Assembly: GCF_018350175.1 (NCBI RefSeq)
Contig: NC_058373.1
Location: 106,022,001 to 106,086,000, forward strand
Direction: 5' to 3'
DNA from: Felis catus
Lineage: Eukaryota
Length of the DNA: 64,000 nucleotides
Each line of letters starts with the position of its first letter. Position 1 is the stretch's first letter. The translations under genes and the position numbers were made by a program. The notes beneath the pieces were generated by a model. The model searched no databases. It was not told where the DNA came from and saw only the letters and a program-made list of their open reading frames with translations. Below are positions 14,231-27,586 of this stretch, in pieces.

Positions 14231-14478
14231 GGAGCCTGGGTGGCTCAATGGGTTAAGCGTCTGACTTGACGTCAGGTCGTGATCTCCTGGTTTGTAAGTT
14301 CGAGCCCCACATCAGGCTCCACGCTGACAGTGAGGAGCCTGCTTGGGATTCTCTCCCTCCCTCCCTCCCCCCCCACCCCGCCCCTCCCCAACTCGTGCAT
14401 TCACAGGTGCTCTCTCTCTGTCTCTGTCTTTCTCTCTCTCAAAATAAATAAATAAACTTTTAAAAATGGTTTTAAGAA
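14231..14478 (+). mobile_element. CAN-SINE
   Basis: SINE head, body and tail. Confidence 0.9.
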
Positions 14479-14539
14479 AATGGATGGGAGTGTTGCTAAA
14501 TGTAGGTTTTTCTTGATTAGAGCTTCTCAAACTGTTAAG

Positions 14540-16610
14540 CGTGCTATGTGATGGATCTGAAATTGACCTTTCTGGGGCACTGTAATAAATAGGGAAATAA
14601 TACAATGAGTAAGAGAACACAAAAATTTAAGTGTGAAAAGGGCATAACGTTTACCTCTCTTCATATAATGCGATCCCCTAACGGACAGTTTGCTCATTCT
14701 CAAAGTGGAGCCCATGGTGGCCGTCCGTATTACTACGAACAGATTGTTTTCCTTGGACCGTATCTTTGGTCGCCTTTTCAAATCAGGCTTGTCACCAGCA
14801 AGTCAAACCACATCTATTTCTCGGGCCAAGGGAAAGCTACATGCTCACGGCTTTTTAGATTTTCCATCTCTCAAGATTAGAACCCAGCGCATTACAGACA
14901 TTCTCACACACAGTGAAACCATAGAGTAAGGGCCCACGAAAGCCAACAGAAACAGACACATGAGTTGGTGAAAAGCGGGCTTTCTGTGTAAAAGTGCACA
15001 GCAGTTGTGGAGGCAAACGAGACTGGGAACCGAGGACGGGGCCAGGCCTCACTCAGCCAAGTGGCTCTTTTCCACCCAATAGTGACTTGCGTCCCAACAG
15101 CGGCTGTCTGCTTATCAGGCCCCATGTTCATTTCTCACACTCGTCTCTATCTAAGTCTCCGGTTGAAAACCCATTTCCAGAGCCAAAATGAAAGCAGCAA
15201 AAGTATTTCTGGGGCTGAAAGAATTGGAGAGAAATTAATTGGAGGCTTGCCTAATTGAGTAATCCGGGGGAGAGTAAGAGATGGATGTTGTGGCCTTGTT
15301 GAAAGTCCAAACAAATCTGTAAAAATGACGGGGCTGGTTGGGCAGCCGTGGTTTGTCATATGCAGCAGTCCACTGTCAAATTATTTTCGCTTCTGTGAAA
15401 GGGCCAAAAAAAGGTCCCGTTGGTGGGGCTGGAGGTATTTTCGAATAGGAAATGTTTGTGGTTCTTATCTTTAAAGGTAATTCCCTTTTTAGTTCCAATC
15501 ACAACATACTCTTTTGTTTAAGTGAGGTTTTTCCCAGTCTCTAGCCAGAAACTGCATCTGTTAACAATCTTTTGGATTTTAAACTGAAACTTTTTAAACA
15601 ATGAACCATCTGACCACGAAAGGCATCTGGCCATGCTGTATTTGCTTATTGTTAACATGATTTTTAAACCCTGGGAAAAGCAAGGAGAGGGCTGCGGAGA
15701 GGAGAGAGTAAAAGGGCGTGTGCCCCGTGTCACGGTGGCAGCGATCTTATCGGCACCGGCAGGAACCTTTAATTGCAGTTTTCCACGGGAGCGACTGCGC
15801 CAGTTGCCCCACTTAGCCAGTCCTTGTAAGTCTCCAAAAACTACCTGCTTCCCCTCCTGGAGCCTCAGAGTTTGCCAAGTAGACGAGTGGCGCTGGACAC
15901 TGTTAGCGGTAGTGTCATCAGGTATTTGAGGCGAAGATCAAGATTTGAGGAGTGTACGAATTTCCCTCCTTCCGTCTCCAATCTCTAAAGCCACGGCTTA
16001 AGTAAATGGCTTTGGATTCTCCATATTGCGCTTCTGCATCTTTTCGGGTCTTCTGTGGAGGAGGTGGATTTTTACTGCGCCGCTGAGTGTGTGTTTGACT
16101 GTAGTTCAATTAAATCCTTTAAGAATCGTGCCCGACCCGGCTGCAGCGGAGTTGTTGTGATTTGTGCAAAGTGCTGATCTGGTGCCAGGTACGTTTTGGA
16201 GGCCTCTAGGAAAAGTGGCAGAAAATTCAGCTGGTACTTTTCATTCACTCCCGCCTTTTGGTTCGCATATCCTAATTGGATCGCTTCCCCACTCCTCCCC
16301 ACAAAAAGCAATTCTCCTTTTGCCACACACCAAAAAAAGATCGAAGTTGTGTTGTGTACAGTCGCCAGGGTGCACTTTCAGTTCCTTGAGAGCGGAGGCC
16401 CTCTTGCGTTCAAAGGAACGTAGGCTGAAGCGCTGGAATTAAGACCAAAGGAACCACCAGTTTTCCGCACAGCTGTCAAACAAGCCAGGTATAAAACGAG
16501 GGGGCGAGATGATAGTTCGCCCTGTAGTCGTTTCCAGTATCCTACTGAGAGGCTCCTGTGGGGAGGCTGGGACGAGAAGCAGTGGTCGGGCACTGGACCT
16601 GGAAGACGTG
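14540..16610. promoter_or_regulatory. Intronic CpG-enriched region (CpG-island-like core about 15690-16610)
   Basis: Hand count of about 43 CpG in 15690-16610 and about 27 in 14520-15450, with no recognisable repeat; the surrounding intron is CpG-depleted. Confidence 0.55.
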
Positions 16611-17879
16611 AGAAGGAAGAGAAGCTAGATATCCCTCCTGGATGGTAGTTTAAATGTACAGTAGATTAAGCTTTGGGTTTTCAGGCACTCACTGTGTTAG
16701 CTGTCAAGATTGGGGAGAGGGAGTCCGGAAAAGGGAGAAAACCAGATTCCAGTAAGTATGTTTCTAGACTTTTAAAGAAGTACTTGCGTTGGTTTCCTGC
16801 CATTGAGTTTTCACCTGATAATGGATTCCAGTTGGGATTTGTCCTCCTAGGGGCTCAGGGGTTGAGGAAAGTAGCAGAAGTAGAAGTGAACAGAAATAAG
16901 ATCGGGCTGTCTTTCCCCCTCTGCTTCTCTAAAGAAAATGAGGGAAGCACATTAGCTGGAGGACAGTGGGCATCTTCAGGCTCTGTAGGCTCTGAAACGC
17001 TCCGCCTTGTCTACATAGTCCATGGCTCTGAAAGGGAACATAATTGCATATAATGCCAGACTGAACCACTAAGGAACAACGAGCTTTGAGTTTCTTCACT
17101 CCATGCAGCGATACAATTGGCGGAGGGCAAGCTGGTTTGTGACTCACCTGATGTGTATGGAGTACTTTCTGTAGGTCAGAAAGTACCGACTAAACTCTTG
17201 GCTAAACTCTGAGGATGATTAAACAAATAAGTCAAATTTCCTGCAGTGGGTGATCCTGGTAGGAGAAGTAGATAAAATCAAATAGTTACCAAGTCTTGTC
17301 ATAAGCTCCGTAACGGGGTAAGCAAACAGGCTCTGGGGCACAGGGGAAGGAGCCACCAGGCTTTGGGGGTGGATGTGTGTGACTCAGACAACAGCTCCTT
17401 TACCACTCTGATCCCTCTAGCACTTGCACCGGTGAGAGACCTGACACTGTCATGCTTTTGTCCCGTCTTCTAGAAACTGGCCCCTTTTTCAGTAGTTGAG
17501 CGATGTTCACATCCACTGTCTATTTTCTCTCTTGATTAGTACTTTGTTCTCTGTCCCTTTTCCAACACTGAAAAGGTCAGCTTTAGACCGTTGGCCTAAT
17601 CCGATTGATCTTCGCTAAACACAGTTTGTAGGGCTTGTTGGGAAATCTGTAAAGAGGCTTAAACTTTTGAAAAAAAGACACTGGGGGGAGACTGAAATAA
17701 CTGAGGTTTGTTCAGCGTGGAGAAGAGAAAGTCAGGTAGAAATTCTAACATGAGCTGATGTCCACTGGGTATACCCCAGCGAAACTATGGTATCTTGTCA
17801 AAATATTGCCAACTTAGAGTTGGTAAAGAGCGGCTGCCTCACGCCCTCCCAGTAAAAATCTCCATGCCAAGCTGATTTC

Positions 17880-18095
17880 TTTTTTTTTAATTTTTTTTAA
17901 TGTTTATTTTCGAGAGAGAGAGCGTGCGCGCGAGCAGGGGAGGGACAGAGAAAGAGGGAGACACAGAATCCAAAGCAGGCTCCAGGCTCTGAGCTGTCAG
18001 CACAGAGCCTGATGCGGGGCTCAAACTCACGAGCTGCGAGATCATGATGTGAGCCGAAGTCAGACGCTTAGCCAACTGAGCCACCCAGGCGCCCC
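17880..18095 (-). mobile_element. CAN-SINE
   Basis: Poly-T, (AG)n, ends ccacccaggcgcccc. Confidence 0.92.
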
Positions 18096-18720
18096 TGGAC
18101 AGTCTGACTCTTCTCCCAAGGGTCCAACAGTTTTCTCCCATGATTCAAGGACTGAAGGGTTAAGTCCTGGCATGGCAAAAGAGGGGACTCCAGGACCCTG
18201 TTCCCACATTGCATCATTGGTTCTGATTCACTGACACCCTTCACTGACTCCCGTGCTATACGGGTTGATAAATATTTTGCCCATTGGCCTGAGTATGAGA
18301 TGCTGATTGACCTGAAGATGGTGACCAAAACCTTTTGATAATATGTATTTGGAGCCTGAAACGTTCCTCTTCTAGGAATCGACTCCACAAAAGTGATGAG
18401 AAATGAAAGCGAAGACCTATACATGAGGCAGTTCTTTGCAGTGTTCTTGAAAGCCCAGGATTGTAACCAACTTAAAGAGGATGGTTATATTATAGCACAC
18501 AATCCTGACAGTATCTTGTAGCCATTGAAAAGTCATGTTATCAAAAGAAAAAAAAAATGTCATGTTATCAAAGAAATTTTAATGACCTGGGAAACTAATG
18601 ATACAGTGTTAAAAAAAAGGTGTAAAGCTATAATTGGTACGATCAAAAGTTTGCAAAAAAGTATATAGATAGAGGTAAGCAGACAGAAACAGTTGTTTGT
18701 TGGGACTGTGGGTGATTTAC

Positions 18721-18914
18721 TTTTTTTTTTTTTTTTTTAATGTTGATTTTTGACAGAGTGAGAGTAGGGGAGGAGCAGAGAGAGAGGGAGACACAGGCTC
18801 CAGGCTCTGAGCTGTCAGCACAGAGCCCGACACGGGGCTCGAACCCACAAACTGTGAGATCATGACCTGAGCCAAAGTCGGATGCTTAACTGACTGAGCC
18901 ACCCAGGCGCCCCG
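18721..18914 (-). mobile_element. CAN-SINE
   Basis: Poly-T, antisense SINE body. Confidence 0.92.
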
Positions 18915-19044
18915 CTTTTTTGTTTCTAAAGATATTTCCCAGATTTTCCACAGTGCGTTATTCTCCCTCTTACCTGGGAGTATTTTTTTTCCCCTGATGA
19001 TAAAAATAAAATTGCTCTTTTTCAAATGTGCGTTCAATATATTT

Positions 19045-19590
19045 TGTATCAGTCGGGTTTCAGTCAGAGAAGCAGGACTACTGGGGGAGACACAGAGCTA
19101 AGAGATTCACCCTGAGGCCGGCTAAGCACTCTTTGTCAGGCTGCTGTCTTTATTTCTGTTGCGGAAGCTTCACATTCTGGAGCAGGCAGTTCGGAAGAAA
19201 GGTGGGTGTAACTGGGAGGGAGCAAGGATAGGCTGGAGCCCACAAGGACACACAAGCCAGTGTCCATTCTCTCGACCTCTGGCTCTTGTGTGGGTGTCAT
19301 GCAGAAGCCTGAACCATTAGTCATGGACCTCAGCACACACACACCTGGGCCAGGAGAAGCTGAGGGAGGATCCAGGGGAAGGTGGGGCAGTTGCAGACCC
19401 GCCTGCTGTTCCACACCAACGAGGTGAGCCAGCCGATAAAAGACAAGTAGGAAGAACAAAATGGCTGCTGCTTTGCCTCTGGCCTCTATACCTCCTGTGA
19501 GAGCCTCTCTTTGTGGCTCCCCGTACCCAGAAGCCTCCAAGAAAGGATATCGTTCAGCCTAGCCAAGTCGAGCATTATAAAGCCACCACA
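19045..19590 (-). mobile_element. MLT2-type (ERVL) solo LTR
   Basis: TG...CA termini (tgtatcagtcgggtttcagtcagagaagcag ... cctagccaagtcgagcattataaagccaccaca) resemble MLT2 ends; 5-bp flanks tattt/tactt fit an ERVL TSD with one mismatch. Confidence 0.75.
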
Positions 19591-20009
19591 TACTTGTATT
19601 GAAATGAGGAGGAAAAATAAATATTATTTAAAATGCAGCCAGTGCTTGTGTTGTCAAGGCAACCCTGGCTTTTTTTTTTTTTTCCTTCCTTCCTTTGTCT
19701 AGCTCAGGGCCCTGTTTTGTTTTTTGTTTTGTTTTGTTTTTCTCCCCTCCATCTCCTCTTTTTATTTTTTGTTTTTTTGAACTCTTCCTTTGTGACATTA
19801 AAACAAAGGTGAATCTATAAGCCACCCAAAGGTTTTCAGTACCATTTATCTATTTAGGCAGTGACTGTGAAAACATGGTGATCTTGGCCCTAGTGAGATT
19901 TCCTGAGTTTTCTGCCCAGAAACGCACTGAAGCCATGTTTCTCATTGCCCTTTCTCCCCTAAGGAGTGTAATCTCAAAGCTAACGACCCATTTCCTTTCT
20001 CTAGTTTCA

Positions 20010-20215
20010 TTTATTTTTTTTAAATGTTTGTTTATTTTTGAGAGAGAGAGAGAGCAGAGGAGGGACAGAGAGAGAAAGAATCTCAAGTAGGCTCTGCACC
20101 GGCAGGGCAGAGCCCCACGCAGGGCTCAAACTCACGAACTGTGAGATCATGACTTGAGCCAAAATCAAGAGTCAGACGCTCTCGACTGACTCAGACTGAG
20201 CCACCCAGGCGCCCC
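20010..20215 (-). mobile_element. CAN-SINE
   Basis: Antisense SINE body. Confidence 0.9.
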
Positions 20216-22019
20216 TTTCTTTATTTTCTTTTAATTGCAAAAGCCAGTGCCGTCAAAAGGAATACCAAATTGTAGATTTGGAGTAGAAAATTCAAGGACT
20301 CTCTGCCTCTGGCAGCCCTTGAACCAGTGTTGAAATAAAGGGTGGTTGGTTCATGAGTATTTATGTGACTCCTATTCCCGTAATCCCTCGGTTCAATAAT
20401 GTCAGTTTGGGGCTTTTTTTTTTCCTCCTGGTATTAACCAATTCTGCCATTCTAGCTGTGCCTACTACCACCCTTGTCTTGAAGTCTGCAGAATGGTCCT
20501 GAGCTCATAGTTCTGTATTGCCACCTGGTAGGTGGCCAGCTTCATGAATGAAGAAAGCAGTAAGCAAACTTGCCCACAGGGTGAACCAGAACATATCTAT
20601 CTTCCCCGGTGCTTGGAGAAGTGAACAAATCTAAAATATGGTGGGCAAGTTCTGTAGTCTTTCAATGGCGTTCTATATTCTGGGTCAGGTACAGGCCTCT
20701 GTTTTTCAGGCTTCACCAGTAAAAGGACTTCCCTTGGGGTAGATTATCTCCAAGAGCCTTTCAGTCAAGAGATCTGTCTACAAGCTCCCTACATTATGTT
20801 TGCCCCTCATAATTGTTCTAAACTGTATTGTAATGTGATTGCCACTATTTTTTCTAAGATAAGCAGAAGGCAAGTAACAGCTATGAGAAAATATTTTGCA
20901 TAGTTACAGGCCATCTGAAGGGTGACCAGAGAAGGGAGGATACCATTCACTAGGAGATATTTCTGAACCCTTCTGATTTCTCTCTCCTCTGTATAATGAG
21001 ATCAACTTCATAGGGTGGTTGTGGATATTAAGATAATATGATGTCAGAGTTAACGGAGAGCTTGGGGCATGGTGATGACAGCTGTTGACACTGTCAATGT
21101 CAGTGATGGTGACTATGATCAAAATAGTAGTATGGACTCACTTTCTGTTTGTCCAGACTCATGCTAGTCTGGGATTCACGTGCATATTCTTAAACAATGA
21201 TACCTGGTTTTCACAGAACAGTAGTGAAGATTTTAAAAGCCCTCTCTCTCAGTTGGACCACAGAAACTTTTGGAGGCAGAAATAGTGAGTTAGAAGGATA
21301 AATTATAGATCAGGGAAGAAACCAAGACGGTCTTCACTGTTAGCACCAGAAATGGGCAGGAGGCCCCTTTTGTGTCAGAAGTTCTAGGGCAGTGGCGATC
21401 AATGTGTAGTTCCTAAGCTCCTGGGCGGAGCTCTGAATCTGGTATCAGGAGCGCCCTTAATTGGTACTTGGGAAGGTTGGGACCCTGAGAAGGTCAGAAT
21501 CTATCCCACTTCTTCTCATCCACCTGCCCACTGCAGTGCTTCAGTCCCTGCTGACCAGCTGCAGCCCTTGGAGATGCTCCCATCATTGGGCTTGCTTGGC
21601 AAGCAGTTGTGAACACCAGCTGATCTCTGGGAAATGGGTGTGTGTGTGGATCAAGCCAGTTTTTAACTAAAATTCCTCTTTCGCTGCCTAGGAAAGGCAA
21701 GTGGTTGAAAGATCTTCGGTTTTTGCAATAAGAGCACTAAAAATAGCTTGAGACAAAAACATTACTACTGCTATTTTTTTTGCAGTGGGGAAAAATCCCG
21801 TGATAGGACACAACACCAAGAGGTTCCACGAAACAAGTCAGCTTTACAAATAAGTGATTTATTGGGTTGAAGTGAGCTGGAATTACCCCCTGTTCAACAA
21901 TAAAATTTGTTCAGAGTTGCAGCATTATAATTCAATAGTGCATTCTAGCTGTGTGATTTCCAAAATCCATCTAACAAAACAAAACTTCGGCGTTGAGGAG
22001 ATCATAAAAGAATGTTTTA

Positions 22020-22262
22020 GGGACACTTGGGTGGCTCAGTTTGTTAAGCATCGACTTTGGCTCAGGTCACAATCTTATGGTTCTTGACTTCGAGCCCCTC
22101 ATCAGTCTGTGTGCTGACAGCTCAGAGCCTAGAGCCTGCTTCGGATTCTGTGTCTCCCTCTCTCTCTGCCCACCCCCCACCTTGTGCTCTGTCTCTCTCT
22201 CTCTCTTTCTCAAAAATGAACAAACATTAAAAAAAAAAAATTAAAAATGCTAAAAATAAAAA
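22020..22262 (+). mobile_element. CAN-SINE
   Basis: SINE body; TSD aaaagaatgttttag. Confidence 0.92.
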
Positions 22263-22530
22263 AGAATGTTTTAGCACAGATACCATTATTGGTAGAAATC
22301 TTAAACCTAATTACCAGAGCAGACATTCTGGGTACCGATAAATTGGCATTCTCTAAAATTTCTGAAAAGAAAACAAATTTCTGATAACTTTCCCCTCCAC
22401 TCGTGGGATAAACTACTGTATCCCGGTTGGTGATATGATTTTTCTTGTGAAATTTTAAATATACAAAAAAGTACAGAATATAATGAACACCCGTGTTTAA
22501 CAACTGCTGACATTTTATAATCACCATGGA

Positions 22531-22745
22531 TTTTTTTTTTTAAACATTTATTTGTTTTTGAGACAGAGTGAGACAGAGCATGAACGGGGGAGGGTCAGAG
22601 AGAGAGGGAGACACAGAATCTGAAACAGGCTCCAGGCTCCGAGCTGTCAGCACAGAGCCCGACGCGGGGCTCGAACTCACAGACCGCGAGATCATGACCT
22701 GAGCTGAAGTTGGCCGCTTAACCGACTGAGCCACCCAGGTGCCCC
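22531..22745 (-). mobile_element. CAN-SINE (fairly young, CpG-rich)
   Basis: TSD tcaccatggattttt. Confidence 0.94.
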
Positions 22746-22756
22746 TCACCATGGAT

Positions 22757-22913
22757 TTTTTATTTTATTTATTTATTTTTAATATAATTTATTGTCAAGT
22801 TGGCTAACGTACAGTGGATACAGTGCGCTCTTGGTTTTGGGGGTAGATTCCTGTGATTCATCGCTTACATACAACACCCAGTGCTCATCCCAACAAGTGC
22901 CCTCCTCAGTGCC
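22757..22913 (-). mobile_element. Severely 5'-truncated carnivore L1 (about 150 bp of 3' UTR)
   Basis: Very similar to 2430-2560 (aatataatttattgtcaagttggctaac...caacaagtgccctcctca); TSD caccatggatttttt. Confidence 0.9.
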
Positions 22914-24106
22914 CACCATGGATTTTTTAAAAAGAAAGGAAACATAAATATAGCTGAAGCCCAAAGGTGACCTATTCTGGAGGTGGTACATGTTTTCTTT
23001 TCCTTGCCCATGTATTTATGACTTTATTCTGCATGTATATATTCATAGACAATATATGGTAGTTCATTTTAACTGCAATATGATGTTCCATTACATGAAC
23101 ACACCACAGTTTAATTCTTTCACACCCCTTTGGATAATGCTTACTTGCAGTTGTTCATTATTTTTTAAAAAGTATGGCAATGAACAGCCTTGTGCATGTG
23201 TTCAAGAATTTTTCTGGGATAAACACCAAAACATGTAATTCCTGGGTTGTTGGCTGTGAACATTTCCACCTTTAATTGCTCTCTGAAGTTGTCGTAATAA
23301 TTTAGACCTGCAGCATATTAATTGCCAGCCATCTGAGGGATCGGTACCCTCCGAGGGGAGAGAACTGATACTTTGTTGCCCTGATGAATCGCCTTACTTA
23401 AGTTCGAATGTTTCAGATACAAGAAGCTGTCATTCCGTTTTCAAATCGAATCAAACTTAAGTAGCAAATCAAACTGAAGGAAAAATTACTGAAGTAGAAA
23501 GTGCTCATTTAAAGAAGAAGAATCCAAGGTTTGGAAAATGAAAAGCTTTCCATTCAAATACCCATAAAGCCACAGAAAAGTACAAAGTGTTAGAAGTATA
23601 TAAAAATGGACAGTTCACTCAGCATTATGTTTATTTGATTTGACTACAAAGGAAACTGCTCTGTGTGTGGTTCACCCTTACTCTCCTCCAGACCTCTTTA
23701 CCCCCTTAGTCCCAGACACAGGCAAATTGTGTTTCCATCTTTAGCAGGCTCTTGACTGATATATGTATGCAATCACCCAACACAGGAAGTCCCTCTGAGG
23801 CATCGGCCACTTCCCTGATGGACGACAGCCCGGGTACAGGTGCAGGACCAGCACATCTGCACAAGCAGGCAGGCAGGATGTGGCTGGAAATGCCATAGTT
23901 GGTTTCTTTCTTCCTCTCACCAAAGTACCTTTATCTCGGGCATCGGTAAAAATTGTGAAAGCCTCTCTCCTTTCCTTTCTTAGACTCTTTGATTCCTTTG
24001 AATGTTAAGAAATTGAGACGTGTACTTGCTGTGTGTCTACCCCCCATGCCTGAATTCTGAACCAGTTTCTGGGTACAAGTCAATTCCTGGATTTGGGGAT
24101 TGTTGA

Positions 24107-24314
24107 TTTTTTTTTTTTTTTTAATGTTTATTTATCTTAGAGACAGAATGTGAGCGGGGGAGGTGCAGAGAAAGAGGGAGACATAGACTCTGAAGCAGGC
24201 TCCAGGCTCTGAGCTGTCAGCACAGAGCCCAATGCAGGGCTTGAACCCATGAGCTGTGAGGTCGTTACCTGAGCTGAAGTCGTGTGCTTAATCAGCTGAG
24301 CCCCCCAGGTGCCA
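24107..24314 (-). mobile_element. CAN-SINE
   Basis: TSD ggggattgttgatt. Confidence 0.92.
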
Positions 24315-27300
24315 GGGGATTGTTGATTCTTAAGTCTGTAAATACTTTACTCTGCTTGGTTCTTCTTGACAGCCTTGTAAAAAAAAAGTGCTTGTGTATC
24401 TACTTTGTGGATACCATCTTCCCTTTGTGCTTCCTCATACTTGCATTGCTCCAGTGAGTAACTCTGTTATCCAAGGCCTTGCTTTCACTGTAAATAAGAA
24501 ATACCAAGTTGGAAGAGGGGGGAGAGAATGACCGTGCATTTGCGTTCACTTACAGTCATTCAAACAATAAAAATAAGCCATATAGAGCTGGGGAAAAGTA
24601 GGCCATCTTGGTTGGACAGATCAATGAATGTGGAGTCAGGGAGAGAGTGGGTGTCGCTTGTCCTGTGGAGCTCTATCTTTCCCTCTGGAATGGGGGCTAG
24701 AGAGGCAACTCTCCCCTCTTTCATTCTGTGCTTGTCACTCATGCCTGTGTCGGTGCTGCACTATGGAGAGAACACTCCAACTTCATCTCTGGTCACTGGA
24801 AAAGATGTGTAGCTTTGGGTTTGCATGGAATCTCTGGGAGGGCAGTGGTTCTCAACTGCCATACAGCAGCTATCTTTGGCCTCCAAATCTTAATTGTTAA
24901 GCAGATTCCTTTTGACAGCTCCCTTTGACAGCTCTCGTACATAACAGATTCCATCATGTGTTGATTGCAGAGTTAGGAATACATGACTCTCTTGGAGCTC
25001 TCAGTCTTTGCCATAGGGTACTTGTCAACAGTGCTGTTGTAGAACCAAGGTGCCAAATGTGTCTGTGTGCGGCCCTTTGACCCCCGTGCCTGTGTGTGTT
25101 GAAGCACACGAGCACAGGCCCATTTCACTTCCAAAATTCTGCAATCTGCAGGTGTAGAATTACACATTGAGTGTCTCAGTGATAGCTCTGATGGAAAGGA
25201 CATCACTATATTTCAGATCTGAGAGTCCAGAGCTAGCTGCCCTTTCTGATTATTGCCAGCTCATTGGGTCCCTTAGGAACAAACGGCACAAGAGACACTC
25301 CAGACTGATGCACATCCTTTGATTCAGGATTCCTTAGGACTGTGGCCCCCTTCCCTGGTTGACAGAGTGTGCACTGTGAGTAACCTCAAGCAGAGATGGC
25401 AAAAAGGTGTATCTTGATTACCAACTCGGAACAGTTGGGGGTTGAAGCCTGGAGCACTTAACCATTCAGAGGTTATGAATGGATTCAGTAAGAATAGTGT
25501 GGTAATTAATTAGCAATGTCTGCCATGAGACATGATGGGAAAAGGTGGCATATGTAGCAAATTTTCCCATCCTTGCCCTTGAGGGCTTCTCTTGCTCCTA
25601 AATTGGAGTTGGACGTTAAGTATCATATTCCATGCTTTTTTCTCCCCGGGTCTCTCCCTGGTCTTCTGCAGACTCTCTAAGTGCCGTGGCACCTGCTTTC
25701 ATAGAACGAATACCCCAAGCCTGCCTGATTTCACCATCTCCTGGAGATAGGTCTATGAAAGACATCAGTAGAAGGAAGTATCCACTTTAGAAGAGGGAGC
25801 GAAGAACAAGAACCACTTTTCCTGAGATTCTCCTGTATGTGTATTTATTTTTTTCACCTCACTAATAGCGCTGGTGCATCTAATGCCTTGAATCCATATT
25901 ATGCTTGGTGCATCTCAGAGCTTCATCCCCTCGTGAAGTAGGAAGAAACTGAGCTTCCAGTGTAACTTAGAACATACTGCTAATACTTCTAATTTGGGGT
26001 TCTCCAAATTCCTTATACTCCAGGAACCTAGTAATTTGTGGAACTAGAAATGGGTTACAGTAGAAAGTGTACTAAAGAATACCAACTTTAAATTACAGTG
26101 TCTTAAATCCTCTTGTTCTCCAACGCGGTATGGGACCAACACTTGCCTTAAGCATTCTCCAGATAGTATCCTTTTATCTGTCTTCCTATGTAAGGAAAAA
26201 CGTGATGCTTCCTCAGTTTCTAAGATGTACTTCCCCATGTCCTCACATTTGGGCATTTCTTCGATGGTGACATCTTCCAACTGATGCTTTTCTTTTTTTA
26301 TTTCTTCTGCCAACAATTCTGTCGTTAATTCAATAGTATGCCTTAAAGTAAATGATCACTTAAAATGAGAAATACGGTTATGACTCCCCTTCTAGGGGAC
26401 AATTAATCCTGTCCTAACATTTTTCATAGTCGTCCTGAGAATGCTTCTCTGAATGGAATATGCCTTTATGGGCTTACTGTTTCCCCTGATTCTCTTCTTA
26501 GTTTAATTACTGTTTTCCAAAGCCCTCGCTTTATAGCCTCGTGTTAAGCATTATATTGCAAATCATAAACACACTTTGATTGTTTTCCCAAGAGCAGGTT
26601 ACAGAACATCAAAACCTGCTTTACGACATTCTGAAAGGCTGGTCTGGTAGCAGCAAATCTGGTAGCAAGATGTGAGGCAACAAAGGCCATTGACACCACT
26701 GATTGGATTTCCACACTGCATACGGGTTTAGTGATGTGTGTCTGAACATGTTAATTTACCAACCAGCTGGACTGAATTGTACCTGGATCTGTAGCACTCC
26801 ATGGTGGCATGTGGGTCAAAGACTTGACTCTTAACACACTACATAGAAGTAATTTGTTTTATGTCATTGTATACCTTTGTGTCCTAAGCAACAGGGGAAT
26901 GTGGGCTTGTATCACTTCTGAAAATCACAATTGGAGAATGTTTCTTTCTCTTTGCCATGAAAATGAGGGGGAATTGTCATCTAAAATTGGCTTCAGATGT
27001 TGAAGTTACACTGATTGAGATTTTTAGGCTCCAGTCATGTTCCATGCTGTGAAGTGCTTTGCCAGAGCAATGACTTGTTAAAATAAATAAAATAAATGTC
27101 TTGTAGGATAGGAAGTGGACTGTAAAGTCTCTGCTTTTAGTTCTAGGTAAGGATTGTGGCTATTTTCTTAGATATATCAGCACATTGAATGTGTTTCCCC
27201 CCCCAGGATCCTGTAGCATATATATAACTTTTAAGATCTGGGTTCTGTAAAGTCAGCCAAGGCTTTTTCAGGAAAGAACAGGGTGTTAGAACAGACTGAG

Positions 27301-27586
27301 CCCCTTAGCTCTTTCAGAAATGCCGTTGGTCTCTTTATTCTTGGAGTCATGTTGTTAGTCTTCTGTCCTATTGCTGCCGTCCTTGGACAGGGACTAGATC
27401 TCTTTAAAGTGGCATGCTGCTCTTGCTCTTCTGGGGTTTGTGATTTGGGGGAGAACAAAATGGTAGATGGCTGAGAAGTAGCACAAGCCCAATTTTTAAT
27501 GGGCAGTGTTTCATTTTAGCTCATTCAGAAATATTTGATCATTTTTACCAGTATAAGTAAAGTTTGTGACATAAAAATATTAATGT

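Noticed and set aside
16006..16188. ATG at 16006, exactly 183 nt before the donor at 16188, as an alternative coding first exon
   Set aside because: An in-frame TGA occurs after 26 codons (16084-16086)
14527..16593. ORFs in the CpG-rich region as a retrogene or viral insert
   Set aside because: All are short, resemble no protein I recognise, and have no poly-A, TSD or LTR boundaries; a tBLASTx search would settle this
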